From positions 186,001 through 250,000 of the IMG/VR virus record IMGVR_UViG_3300044568_003163: a stretch of 64,000 nt of DNA, one strand, 5' to 3'. The notes under the pieces are model-generated. The model had not been told where the DNA came from. It did no database searches and was given only the letters and a program-made list of their open reading frames with translations. The position numbers were made by a program, and so were the translations under genes. Positions 38,306 to 48,015 of the stretch are shown here, in pieces. Every line of letters begins with the position of its first letter. Position 1 is the first letter of the stretch.

Positions 38306-39002
38306 TTGGGAGTTTATCGAAAGTATATCCTCGTTCTTGAGCAATTTTATTTAATTCTTCAAGTATTTCAAGGGTATCAATACCGGTGCCGTTTGCATGT
38401 AAAATCAGCAAATCTCCGGATCTTAAACTAAGATCGAAGAAAGTTCGGTATTCTTTCTCATTTTTTTGTGATATTTCTTTAACTTCTCTATCAAGAACTG
38501 GTCCTGACCAAGAGGCACATTTTAAGCCTAATTTAGAAAGTTCTTTAAATGTAGTTTCAGTTGGATGTCCAAAAGGAACTCGATACCATTTAATAGGTTC
38601 TTTAAATCTTTTACTTAAATCGTCATAACATGCATGAATATCTAATGCCTGTTGAAAATTGGATTGCTTTAGTGTATCGACATGTTTAAAACCATGTCCA
38701 CCTATTGTAAATTGAGGATTAGTTAAGAACGAAAGATCTTCATCTTTATTTACATTAAGCCAATCAACATTAACAAAAAATGTTGCACCTGCTTTATTAT
38801 CTTCTAACCACTTAATTACTTTCATGTCTAAACTATGAGAAGGACATAAATCAAAAGTTAAGTAAATCGAAGAGGATTTATAAGCTGAATTTTCGTCATT
38901 AATTCTAGTTATTTGTCGAGAATCTAGCTCTTTTTCCATATGGCCTTTTCTTTGAAAATCTCCAAATTTAAGAAAAGTGCTAGCAATATCTAAGTTTTTC
39001 AT
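38298..39002 (-). CDS. Polysaccharide deacetylase (CE4/NodB fold)
   Basis: IYLTFDLC, ATFFV, IGGHGFKH, WYRVPFG, LLILHANG. Confidence 0.85.
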   Translation of the reverse strand: MKNLDIASTFLKFGDFQRKGHMEKELDSRQITRINDENSAYKSSSIYLTFDLCPSHSLDMKVIKWLEDNKAGATFFVNVDWLNVNKDEDLSFLTNPQFTIGGHGFKHVDTLKQSNFQQALDIHACYDDLSKRFKEPIKWYRVPFGHPTETTFKELSKLGLKCASWSGPVLDREVKEISQKNEKEYRTFFDLSLRSGDLLILHANGTGIDTLEILEELNKIAQERGYTFDKLPNV

Positions 39003-39631
39003 ATTTCGTTTTGTGCTTCAGAATCAAAATCGTAAGGATCTTCTTCAGGCTCTTCGTTTCCTAATTCAGCTTGAATTTCTCTCATTAAATTTCGAGTACC
39101 TCTAGATGTTTGACTTCCTTGTTGTTCTATTTTTGCAGTGGTAGTATTGATCGTATTTTGATAGATATCGATGTCTCTTCTCATTTTTTTCATATTTTCC
39201 TCAGCAGCCATCATATGAAGAGTTTGATGCTTCATAATGTCTAAAAGAGTCTTTTGTAAGCCTCCTAAAACTTCAAACATACGAGGTGAGGTTTCTCCGG
39301 TATCGATACTTCTCATCAAAATGGTAATTGCTCTTTCCGACATTTCCATTTGTTGTATTAATGAAGATAGAGTAGTTATTTCTAAATTAGCTTTTGCTCT
39401 GATGTATTCGTTTTTATCTATCAATTCTTGTGAAAGATAAAATTTAAGTAGTGAACCCATTACCTTTTTCGATTTGGTCATTGAAGAAGTTTTCAATTCA
39501 TCATAGTCCATAGGTTCTGAAGGTAAAAATGCAGGAAGCCCTACAGATGGAGCCGGTAGCCCTTGAGTGCTATCTTCTCTTAATAAATCTTCTATTGATT
39601 TTCTAATAGGGTCTTGGTTGTTTTCTTCCAT
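38999..39631 (-). CDS. Probable terminase small subunit
   Basis: Helical protein upstream of large terminase; SPRMFEVLGGL resembles the gp16 PRAYEV motif. Confidence 0.65.
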   Translation of the reverse strand: MEENNQDPIRKSIEDLLREDSTQGLPAPSVGLPAFLPSEPMDYDELKTSSMTKSKKVMGSLLKFYLSQELIDKNEYIRAKANLEITTLSSLIQQMEMSERAITILMRSIDTGETSPRMFEVLGGLQKTLLDIMKHQTLHMMAAEENMKKMRRDIDIYQNTINTTTAKIEQQGSQTSRGTRNLMREIQAELGNEEPEEDPYDFDSEAQNEI

Positions 39632-39670
39632 ATAATCTTGTAGTATTGTATTATATATCCTTTATACAAA

Positions 39671-39758
39671 CCTCGGTTGGGTCCTTGGCTCGGCTGGGCT
39701 TTCCTCGGAACTAGATATATCATTTTCCTCGAATCCAAGTAATCGTTATATGACCTCG
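39671..39758. repeat. Cluster of CCTCG pentamers in a GC-richer intergenic region
   Basis: CCTCG at 39671, 39703, 39727, 39754 and GCTCG at 39688, same orientation. Confidence 0.6.
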
Positions 39759-39841
39759 AGAGTGGCCAAGTTTCATCTAAGCAAAAAATGTGCAAAAAAC
39801 CTAAAAAGTTTCTCGCACATCATTATATGGCTTATATGTGG

Positions 39842-40069
39842 TTATTTTATATTGCAAATAGCTTTAAATTCTTCATAGTCAAAATTAATTCCTTCTCTTT
39901 TAAAATCTTCAATTGATGCATCTACCATTTCTCTTTTATTTGCAGGATCTTTTACTCGATTAATAATTTCAGCAATTCCTTTAATCATAGGTTGTTCATC
40001 TCTAGTAGATAAATCAGATATAGATTTAGCTTCATTTAAGAATTCGTTAAATGTTAGTATGTGTCTCAT
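39842..40069 (-). CDS. Putative internal head protein
   Basis: N-terminus MRHILTFNEFLNE. Confidence 0.7.
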   Translation of the reverse strand: MRHILTFNEFLNEAKSISDLSTRDEQPMIKGIAEIINRVKDPANKREMVDASIEDFKREGINFDYEEFKAICNIK

Positions 40070-40401
40070 TATATAAGTTTAAATACAACTACAAAGTTGC
40101 TATCTTTAGGCCAAGGTTTAAAATCATCGTATGAATCAACAATTTCTATTTCAATTCCTTGACTACTTAAAGCTCCTTTTAATCTATCGGCAACACTTTG
40201 AGGAGATTGACCATGTCTGTAAAAATATCCACGTTTACCTACAATCGTACCATCTTTTTTAAATGTTAATTTATCTACTCCGGTTACAACAGATTCAAAA
40301 GCGTTTTTAAGTTTTTTCTTTTCGGCAGATGTTAAAATTTTATCAACCGACACTTCATCGGCTTCATTTATAAATTCGTTAAATTTTGGTATATGATTCA
40401 T
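40069..40401 (-). CDS. Putative internal head protein
   Basis: N-terminus MNHIPKFNEFINE; late box at 40417. Confidence 0.7.
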   Translation of the reverse strand: MNHIPKFNEFINEADEVSVDKILTSAEKKKLKNAFESVVTGVDKLTFKKDGTIVGKRGYFYRHGQSPQSVADRLKGALSSQGIEIEIVDSYDDFKPWPKDSNFVVVFKLI

Positions 40402-40419
40402 AATTATTTCTTTTTATAT

Positions 40420-42288
40420 TTATCTTACGTATTCTCTTACTAATTTAATTGGTGGTACTGCATTATCTACTATCAATCCGAAATCATTGTCTTTAACCAC
40501 ATATTGATTTAACATAATAGGTTGTTTTTCTTCTTCGATAGATTCTTTCCAAACTCTAATATTTGTTTGATATATTGTACCAGCTCTTAATATGTAAGGT
40601 GTGTTAGTTGGATCGATAGCTTCTTTATAATTGATGTCAATTACTTCGGAATACATCAATTGTAGATTAGTAGTTTTTTGTTGTCCTTTCGGTGGCATTG
40701 TAGAATCATAACCCATCTTCCAAATATAAACTGCAACCTGTCCAAATTCATTCATATGATTAACACAAAGTCCATACCAATCGTTATTACTTAATGTAGG
40801 GAAATTCTTACCGAATTTTAATATATGAGCATTTGATTTGACCGTTATTCCTGATGCAGATTGTCCAGTATAATCTAAGTTAATTTGAATACCTTTACTT
40901 TCAGTAGAATTAAATCCGTCAATCAAAGTATCATAAGTATTAGAGCTTGTTGATAGATGTTGAGGTTTAAACCACATAGTAAACGAAGTATTGTCATTAT
41001 CACCTCTATTAACTAATTGTTTGTATTGAACTGCGATATCTTGCCATGTCATTCCTTTCGTCATATCATACAAATATTTACCAACTACCGTAAAGTAATT
41101 AGTTAAGTCTTTTGTTTCGATTATTAACTTTTCGTTGATATGACTTCTAATATGATCGTATCCACCAATAGCTATTGTTTGATAATGTTGAGGTTTTGTG
41201 ATTTCGATGTATTCTTTTTGTATCTCTTCATCTAATGCTTCATCTAAACTAACATGTATGCTATCAACATATTGATCGATTTCTGGATTGTCTCTCATTA
41301 CATTCAATTTATCTTGCCATTTATATAAGCTCAATTTGTAATAAACTTGATCGGCCATGAAATCTCTAAATAGGTAACATGAATGAACTTCAAATATTCT
41401 ATCTAATAGAGGAAAGTAAATGTAATCTTTTTGTTCAGGTAAATTATCATCACCAAAAGCTCGGTGGAAGTGTTCTCTAACAATATGAACTTCTAAAGAC
41501 TCGCCAAAATCCATATCATAAGGCAAGAAGTTAATTGCATTATCTGGAATATTGTTATCCGGGAGTAATATTTTGATGTCCTTAACATCATTTACTGTAT
41601 ACAACGAATATTCTTTAAGTATAGGATCTGCTGATTCTAATTTAGCTTCGGTTTTAAAGTACCTAACACAATGACCAAACATTTCAGAAACTGAACAAGC
41701 CATTTCGTGATATAATTTGATAGCAGGACCCATCATATCGTATGGTCTAAATAAATTAGAATCACATGCAATAGTAACACCTGAACCAAAATTGGTAGTA
41801 GGACATGAATTGGCTTTGCAACCATTCTTAGTTATTACAGGTATTGCCGGATTTTCAGGGATGTAACCATCAACTACATCAATAGTAATGTTAGTTAATT
41901 GTCTACCTCCACTCGAAGTTCCTCTTCTAACTAATCTAACTTGTAAGTCAAATGAATCTGAATTTCTTTCAGTATAAGGATTCGTTTGTCTAATTATTTT
42001 ATCAAATATTCTTCTAGAAAATTCTCCTTGAACTCCGTTTTCGGTTATTTGTTCCCAAGCAGACCATACCACATGAGGCTTTCCTACTGCTCTATCTAAT
42101 TGTTGAATATCATAAGTCCATCTAATAAAAATGTCATGACCATTGTCAATAGTTTCTAGAGGAGATAAATCAAACTTAATTGATTCAATAGATTTAACGT
42201 AAGGAAAGTAATTTGTGAAGTCTACTAACAGAGTATCACCGGCATTATATGTAAGGTTATTAGAGGTAAACTCGTAGCTATAACGCAT
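40420..42288 (-). CDS. Neck protein (gp14-like core) with extra N- and C-terminal domains
   Basis: EMFGHCVRYF, DFGESLEVHIVREHF, PEQKDYIYFPLLDRIFEV core; C-terminal LamG-like beta domain is inferred. Confidence 0.7.
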   Translation of the reverse strand: MRYSYEFTSNNLTYNAGDTLLVDFTNYFPYVKSIESIKFDLSPLETIDNGHDIFIRWTYDIQQLDRAVGKPHVVWSAWEQITENGVQGEFSRRIFDKIIRQTNPYTERNSDSFDLQVRLVRRGTSSGGRQLTNITIDVVDGYIPENPAIPVITKNGCKANSCPTTNFGSGVTIACDSNLFRPYDMMGPAIKLYHEMACSVSEMFGHCVRYFKTEAKLESADPILKEYSLYTVNDVKDIKILLPDNNIPDNAINFLPYDMDFGESLEVHIVREHFHRAFGDDNLPEQKDYIYFPLLDRIFEVHSCYLFRDFMADQVYYKLSLYKWQDKLNVMRDNPEIDQYVDSIHVSLDEALDEEIQKEYIEITKPQHYQTIAIGGYDHIRSHINEKLIIETKDLTNYFTVVGKYLYDMTKGMTWQDIAVQYKQLVNRGDNDNTSFTMWFKPQHLSTSSNTYDTLIDGFNSTESKGIQINLDYTGQSASGITVKSNAHILKFGKNFPTLSNNDWYGLCVNHMNEFGQVAVYIWKMGYDSTMPPKGQQKTTNLQLMYSEVIDINYKEAIDPTNTPYILRAGTIYQTNIRVWKESIEEEKQPIMLNQYVVKDNDFGLIVDNAVPPIKLVREYVR

Positions 42289-42292
42289 AGAA

Positions 42293-42676
42293 TTATTTTG
42301 TTTTTACCGTAATAAGAGAAAATATAAGAGCGATAACTAAACCAGCAATAGAAGTAAATACAAACCAAAGAGCTTTATTAACTCCTCCTTGCCATTTTTC
42401 TAAATTATCTACTCGGTTACTTATTGTATCGATTTTATCAATATCCTCTTCGTATCTAGCAATAGATTCGGTGTTTTTGTTTATTCTAACAATAACTCCA
42501 TCGTCAGGATTAAAAAGTCTCTTTTTGAAATATTCAAGATCCTCTTTAATCTCGGATTGAGTGTTAGAAAAGGAATCCATTACACGTTTGATGCTTTCTA
42601 ATTCACCATTTGGTAATTTCTCAGTAATTAATTTAAGAGAATTTAAGATTTCCTCTATTTTAGGATCTGTTGCCAT
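42293..42676 (-). CDS. Coiled-coil protein with C-terminal TM helix (holin/XhlA-like)
   Basis: RVDNLEKWQ then LWFVFTSIAGLVIALIFSLI; TATAAATA at 42702. Confidence 0.6.
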   Translation of the reverse strand: MATDPKIEEILNSLKLITEKLPNGELESIKRVMDSFSNTQSEIKEDLEYFKKRLFNPDDGVIVRINKNTESIARYEEDIDKIDTISNRVDNLEKWQGGVNKALWFVFTSIAGLVIALIFSLITVKTK

Positions 42677-42722
42677 ATCGAAAATAAGATTTTTGTTTAG
42701 TTATTTATACTAAAAGTTCCTC

Positions 42723-43385
42723 TTATTTTTGCAATATTAACAGGCAAGTAGCATTATCTCGTTCTAATTTGTTTCCAAACATCATCATGATGTCTACTAT
42801 GTCTAGGTACTCATCGTCGTCTTTGTCAAATTCTTCTCGATAATCGATAAGTTTATAAAATAAATCTCTAACAGGGATTTCTAAGTAAGGTTGTGGATAG
42901 AATGTAGAGGTATGATAGACTCCTATTTTTTTAAAGACGCTAACGCACATTTCTAAAAACTCTTCGTCAACTGAATTAGCCAAGTCCATTTTAGAATGAA
43001 TGACCTTATATTCAAATAAATTCGTTGTATCTCTGGATATGCTCTTGTCTGATACGTTAACCTTAAAGTACTTTAATGAATCAAATTCTCTTAAAATAGC
43101 TTCAATATAAAATACAGAATTTGCCGATTCAGCGAAAGTAGATACTGGTGTAGATTGAAAATTCTTAATGTCCTTTCGATATTTCTCATACAGAATATCA
43201 CTAACTTCTTCGGCTTTTACATAAAAAGCAGAATCATCAATCATATGCATTTTTACGATATGTGCCTTCTTTCTTAGATCGGTTATTAGTAAACGATCTT
43301 TGTAGTTGTTACTGTTTAGGTAAATTTCAAGAATAAGCGGTTCAATCATTTCGTCAATATCGGTAAAATCAAGTTTATCTGACAC
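42723..43385 (-). CDS. Hypothetical protein
   Basis: 220-aa ORF in operon. Confidence 0.8.
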   Translation of the reverse strand: MSDKLDFTDIDEMIEPLILEIYLNSNNYKDRLLITDLRKKAHIVKMHMIDDSAFYVKAEEVSDILYEKYRKDIKNFQSTPVSTFAESANSVFYIEAILREFDSLKYFKVNVSDKSISRDTTNLFEYKVIHSKMDLANSVDEEFLEMCVSVFKKIGVYHTSTFYPQPYLEIPVRDLFYKLIDYREEFDKDDDEYLDIVDIMMMFGNKLERDNATCLLILQK

Positions 43386-43785
43386 TAGTATCGATCTGTT
43401 TTTCGATCAAAGTAAAAGTACGTTTCATTTCTTCTGGATTGAATTTGATTGCGAGATTTAATTCTCGTTCACCAAGTCCATTTCTTTCCATCCATAGCTT
43501 TGCAACTTCTGGATTAGGTTTCCATATTTTTTCAGTCGGAGCTTTCTTTGTTTTAGTATATATCCAACCTGGAACCCTTTGAAATCGAGAACCTACGATT
43601 TGCCATAAATCTACGACAGCCCAGCCGGTGATGCCATTTCGATTTAACGATTGTGCAGTAGTAGGATGTTTGATTGCCATAAATCTTTGAGTCATAAAGA
43701 AATGACGTTCTTTCTCAGAATTCTTAATTGTAGAATATTGCTTAGGGTTTGAGAAGACCACCTTCATAAAATCGAATAGTTCCAT
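43375..43785 (-). CDS. Hypothetical protein, possibly clamp-loader small subunit (gp62-like)
   Basis: Size and FFMTQRFM...WIYTKTKK pattern; shares middle promoter type with the gp44 gene. Confidence 0.45.
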   Translation of the reverse strand: MELFDFMKVVFSNPKQYSTIKNSEKERHFFMTQRFMAIKHPTTAQSLNRNGITGWAVVDLWQIVGSRFQRVPGWIYTKTKKAPTEKIWKPNPEVAKLWMERNGLGERELNLAIKFNPEEMKRTFTLIEKQIDTSVR

Positions 43786-43805
43786 GTTTATTATATGAAG
43801 ATTAT

Positions 43806-44624
43806 CTATATTTGTATTTGAGGAACCCAGTGAGTTGTTCTTCCATCTCGAGTTAATTCTCTCACTACTTCAAATCCATTTTCGCAGGTTTCTCTGCCAT
43901 ATACTTTAAATGAAAATACAAAATCACCATCTTCGCCATCCATACTTTTATAGGTTTTGATTGATGCTCCTCGATTAGCAAATGAACTTTGTACAACTTC
44001 TTTAGTTGCTTTATTTAGATTTGTAAAATCTTGAAGAGACAAAGAATCTACGATTCGGTTTGGTGATAATTTAGCTCGATATAAAATTTCGGCTTTGATG
44101 TAATTGCCTATACCACCTATCAATCCTTGATTCATTAGTACTTCTGGCAAAGTTTTATTTTTATATTTCATTAGACGAGTTTTAAATAAATCGTCTGAAA
44201 TTTCATCGGCTAAATGATTAGGTCCTATCGAAGATTTTTTCTTTGTAGTTTCTACTTCGCTATCGACAAATTTCATTGTGCCAAAATTACGAGCATCAGT
44301 AAAGAAAACTGATCCATTAGCAGTTTTAAATTCGACATGTCCATGCTTTGAATGTTGGTATCGCCATCCACCTGACATTCCTAGAGTATTCCAAACCCAC
44401 CATTTCTTGCCAGTCTTTCCGGTAAATTCAAATACTATGAGTTTACCGCAAAATTCAACTTTATCTACGTTTGCAGGTAAGTCTTCTTGGAATTGGTCTA
44501 AGCCAACAGGATTACCATGCTTAGCATATCGACCAGAGTGAACTATTACTTCATTTAATTGTTTTCCTTGAATTGCGCTATTTAATGATAATGCAGTTCT
44601 TGCTACTTCTGGTAATTCTGGCAT
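43806..44624 (-). CDS. Fpg/Nei family DNA glycosylase with zincless finger
   Basis: MPELPEV, GK, LGMSG, FTDARNFG, H2TH LMNQGLIGGIGNYIKAEILY. Confidence 0.92.
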   Translation of the reverse strand: MPELPEVARTALSLNSAIQGKQLNEVIVHSGRYAKHGNPVGLDQFQEDLPANVDKVEFCGKLIVFEFTGKTGKKWWVWNTLGMSGGWRYQHSKHGHVEFKTANGSVFFTDARNFGTMKFVDSEVETTKKKSSIGPNHLADEISDDLFKTRLMKYKNKTLPEVLMNQGLIGGIGNYIKAEILYRAKLSPNRIVDSLSLQDFTNLNKATKEVVQSSFANRGASIKTYKSMDGEDGDFVFSFKVYGRETCENGFEVVRELTRDGRTTHWVPQIQI

Positions 44625-44628
44625 ATTT

Positions 44629-44940
44629 TTAAAGTTTATCGTATTCTGTTAAATTTAATTCAGTTCCATCAGCGCATTTAGCTACAACAAATTCACCAAT
44701 TCCGGTAACCATAAATTCTACTGAAAAATGACCACCTATAGCACCGATATATTTTAGTTTTTTAGTTCTTTGCCAAGCAACAAACTTAGCATTTTGTTCA
44801 GGCGACAAATAGAAATTTCTTTCAGTTTCGATTTCATCAATTACTTCTGGCAAACATTTTTCACTACAAGTTTTACCATTGCATAAAGTGCAACTATTTG
44901 TTCGACCAGTTTTCTTGAAGAGATTCAGTATTTTTAGCAT
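44629..44940 (-). CDS. Hypothetical protein with Cys cluster
   Basis: CTLCNGKTCSEKC. Confidence 0.65.
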   Translation of the reverse strand: MLKILNLFKKTGRTNSCTLCNGKTCSEKCLPEVIDEIETERNFYLSPEQNAKFVAWQRTKKLKYIGAIGGHFSVEFMVTGIGEFVVAKCADGTELNLTEYDKL

Positions 44941-45112
44941 TTGAATTTCGTTTTTCGTTTAAGAATCTTTTTTGTTCTAATACTAATTTCTTTTCTTCGA
45001 TTTTATTAGATTCAGTCATAGCTTCGGCTAGTCTTTCTAGCGCATCGGCTAATTTAGGAATGTCCATTTCTAAGAACTTTTTTCCTGCTCGGGTTTTTGC
45101 AAAGTCTTCCAT
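44894..45112 (-). CDS. Hypothetical coiled-coil protein
   Basis: ORF in operon. Confidence 0.7.
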   Translation of the reverse strand: MEDFAKTRAGKKFLEMDIPKLADALERLAEAMTESNKIEEKKLVLEQKRFLNEKRNSNAKNTESLQENWSNK

Positions 45113-45113
45113 A

Positions 45114-45383
45114 TTAATTTGTGTATTTTTTTATTTTATTTACGAGACTAGTATATGAGAAATAGATTATATGAAAAGGAATGTAAATAGGCCAAGCAAA
45201 AGACCACGAAATATAGGCTTCTGCATTGCTATCATAATCATCGTAATCGGAATAGCCTCGAATTCTGTTAGAATCATATTTGTCAAATCCAAATTTCTTA
45301 CCAAAGGTAATTAAAAATCCAAGCATCGAAACATATCCTAAAATATAGATGCCAACTATAATTGCTAAATTTACGTAATTCAT
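45114..45383 (-). CDS. Membrane protein (start corrected to 45383)
   Basis: Two hydrophobic segments; ATGA coupling with upstream gene. Confidence 0.7.
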   Translation of the reverse strand: MNYVNLAIIVGIYILGYVSMLGFLITFGKKFGFDKYDSNRIRGYSDYDDYDSNAEAYISWSFAWPIYIPFHIIYFSYTSLVNKIKKYTN

Positions 45384-45775
45384 TGTTCTATTTTTGTTAA
45401 TTCCCAGCAAACATCGGTTAAGAACCTATGATTTTCCGGTAGTTTTAATAATTCGTTTTTATGTAGTATACAATGTTTTTTTGCTTCTTCGAGCAAATTA
45501 GAGTTAGTCCATCGATCAATTAAATCGTAATGATTGAGATATGCCAATCTAACAAGCTCATTATAATCTTCGTTTCGTAAATAACCTTTGAGTGGCATAA
45601 TTGGACCAACACAGGTATTCCATTTGAATTTTCTACCGTCGTAAGTAATCCAATAGTAATCCATATCATCTTCACCAACTGCTACTAATCTTTGAATTTC
45701 CCAACAACCATTAATAACGAATTGACCTTTTAGTTCTTCAAACTTCCGAATGATGAGTGTTTTATTATCTTCCAT
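45380..45775 (-). CDS. Hypothetical protein (start corrected to 45775)
   Basis: Start at MEDNK removes the overlap. Confidence 0.7.
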   Translation of the reverse strand: MEDNKTLIIRKFEELKGQFVINGCWEIQRLVAVGEDDMDYYWITYDGRKFKWNTCVGPIMPLKGYLRNEDYNELVRLAYLNHYDLIDRWTNSNLLEEAKKHCILHKNELLKLPENHRFLTDVCWELTKIEQ

Positions 45776-45776
45776 C

Positions 45777-46013
45777 TTATACTTTAAATAATTTATAAAA
45801 AACGCTTCTATCAATACGTTTACTTAGATAAGCTGCATTTATTGCAGGAAAACCTGTAATCCCTTCAGACTCGATGATGGCATAAACTTCTTTATCCCAC
45901 TGTGAGATTTCTAAGTCTGTCATTTTGTTCATCCATTCCTCATCAAAATCTTCTCGGATGATAGGACGTTTGATTAATTCTGGAATGGTTATTGAGTATG
46001 TAATGTTATTCAT
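45777..46013 (-). CDS. Hypothetical protein (start corrected to 46013)
   Basis: Start at MNNITY gives an 8-nt overlap with upstream gene. Confidence 0.65.
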   Translation of the reverse strand: MNNITYSITIPELIKRPIIREDFDEEWMNKMTDLEISQWDKEVYAIIESEGITGFPAINAAYLSKRIDRSVFYKLFKV

Positions 46014-46359
46014 ATCGATAGATTGCAGTTTTGTCTTTATATGTGAGCGTATAGAAGTTTTTTGGTGTAGTTTCTTTAGCAATCTCTTCTACAATATAAA
46101 GATTTTCTAATTCAACATCGGTATTTCTCATAACCCATTGAACTTGCTCTTCCCATGTCATTGCTTGTTTTCCTAAAATAACATTGTGCTTCTTACCAAA
46201 ATATTCCGGTTGTATTTTGCACATATAAGCGAATTCACTCTCGGAAAGCATTCGCATTAGGTATGGTCCTCCAAAGGGTGGATTTTCTAAATTCCATTCA
46301 ATCACATAATCTTTATATGCTTCTTCAAATAAAATATCAAGTTCAGTTTTAGTATTCAT
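46006..46359 (-). CDS. Hypothetical protein
   Basis: ORF in operon. Confidence 0.7.
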   Translation of the reverse strand: MNTKTELDILFEEAYKDYVIEWNLENPPFGGPYLMRMLSESEFAYMCKIQPEYFGKKHNVILGKQAMTWEEQVQWVMRNTDVELENLYIVEEIAKETTPKNFYTLTYKDKTAIYRYE

Positions 46360-46723
46360 TTACTTCTAAATTAAATTTTTCAAATATTTTTAAGGCTTCT
46401 TCAATGGTAACTTTTATCCAAATGAAAACTTCACCATAGGCATTTTCACCTATATTACAGCCACCAAATTCCCAATAATCATCTTCTCTGCTCACATAAG
46501 AAGCATTTCGAAAGGAAACTACCCAATGAGGTTTGTTTGCTTCTATAATATTATATGCTTCTTCGTAGGTTAAGTCACTTGGTTGTCTTTGCCAAACCGA
46601 AGGATGCTTTGCAGTTCCTTTCTCATCAACCCAAAAGTCAAAAGATTTACTCAGTGCATAATCAAAAATCTCCTTAGGGTTGCTAGGGAGATTCTTTATA
46701 TTTGCATGTTTATAGTGTGACAT
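46349..46723 (-). CDS. Hypothetical protein
   Basis: ORF in operon. Confidence 0.75.
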   Translation of the reverse strand: MSHYKHANIKNLPSNPKEIFDYALSKSFDFWVDEKGTAKHPSVWQRQPSDLTYEEAYNIIEANKPHWVVSFRNASYVSREDDYWEFGGCNIGENAYGEVFIWIKVTIEEALKIFEKFNLEVNEY

Positions 46724-46724
46724 A

Positions 46725-47993
46725 TTATTTCATTAGGTCTTCCCAAAATGATGGATTGAATCCATCACCTGCCGGAGTTGAAGTTATTACTACATCCTTA
46801 TTTACCATTGGATCGGCTTTTGGCATTGCCGAACGGAAAATTCCAGATTCATTAAATGATTCGGCTTTTTCTTTTGTGTATGTGGTACCTTCAAGAATTT
46901 TATCTTTGCTCATAAGCGAATGTAAAGCCATTGCAGAAAACGAACTTAATGGAATAGATTCGATGTGTTCGAACATATCGCTAATAACCTTTTCCGGAAT
47001 GCAACGTTTATGTAGCATCATTAAATCTCGATTCAATAACCAACGTTCTTTGATTTCGGCTAATGGTTTGTCGATTTTAATTACTCGTTGAGCAATTGAA
47101 ACGATTTGGTCGATATATTCTTCGTTAAAGAAATGTGATTGATTGATGTAAATTTTATCATCTTTAAATTCGGACATAATTGCAGCAGCATGAGTATCAG
47201 TTACTTTGAATGTGCGTTCTTTACCAGATTTATCAGTTTTAATTGTAGTGTGTAATGGTGGAACGTTATCGCCTGAATCGCCTACTAAGATTTTTCTAAA
47301 GACAAATTCATTGACATTGACTTCGTCTAATTTCATTTTATTTAAGCGTACAATATCCTTAAGGTGAGATTTTGCATTTGATACAATATCCTTAGGTAAG
47401 TTAAAGATATCGGTAGGCATTTCTTCGACTTCAATCCATTGTTTAAATCCTGGAAAAACATGAAGGTCTTTGTCGAATTTATTGTAATAAACAGTATTTG
47501 CACCTGATGAATTGTCCTTATTTACTAATTGAAGTAAATCATTATCGCCTGAGATAATTAAAGCATTTTGACCATTTTGATTTAAGTAAGAAGACCAAGC
47601 AAATATTAAATCATCGGCTTCGGCACCTTTAACTCGAGAAATAATAACACCTAGTTTTTCAAGTGCTTTAGCAAATTCATCGTGAACTTCATAAATCATA
47701 GACCAATTGATTTCATTGGTTTTGATGCGATTTGCTTTGTATTCGGCAGCTGGATGATAAGATTTACGCCATGAGCTTGAATCGACGGTATATACGATTC
47801 GATGAGTAATTCCTTCGAAACGTTTTATTTCGGCAGCAAAATCGACAGCTAATTTCCATAGCAATAGATTTTTATCTTCTTCAGGTTCGTCAATAAAATT
47901 AAAAGGTTTTCCTTGTTTAATTTTTTGACCGATATGAAAAGTTTTATGAAGCCAAAAATTGGCATCGAATTCCAAGGTATATTTACCTGTCAT
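46725..47993 (-). CDS. rnh: 5'-3' exonuclease / RNase H (T4 rnh-like flap nuclease); start corrected to 47993
   Basis: FDAN, VDSSSWRK...YKANR, GAEADDLI, ISGDNDLLQL, LVGDSGDNVP. Confidence 0.88.
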   Translation of the reverse strand: MTGKYTLEFDANFWLHKTFHIGQKIKQGKPFNFIDEPEEDKNLLLWKLAVDFAAEIKRFEGITHRIVYTVDSSSWRKSYHPAAEYKANRIKTNEINWSMIYEVHDEFAKALEKLGVIISRVKGAEADDLIFAWSSYLNQNGQNALIISGDNDLLQLVNKDNSSGANTVYYNKFDKDLHVFPGFKQWIEVEEMPTDIFNLPKDIVSNAKSHLKDIVRLNKMKLDEVNVNEFVFRKILVGDSGDNVPPLHTTIKTDKSGKERTFKVTDTHAAAIMSEFKDDKIYINQSHFFNEEYIDQIVSIAQRVIKIDKPLAEIKERWLLNRDLMMLHKRCIPEKVISDMFEHIESIPLSSFSAMALHSLMSKDKILEGTTYTKEKAESFNESGIFRSAMPKADPMVNKDVVITSTPAGDGFNPSFWEDLMK

Positions 47994-48015
47994 AATGATT
48001 TTGTTTAATGTGTTA

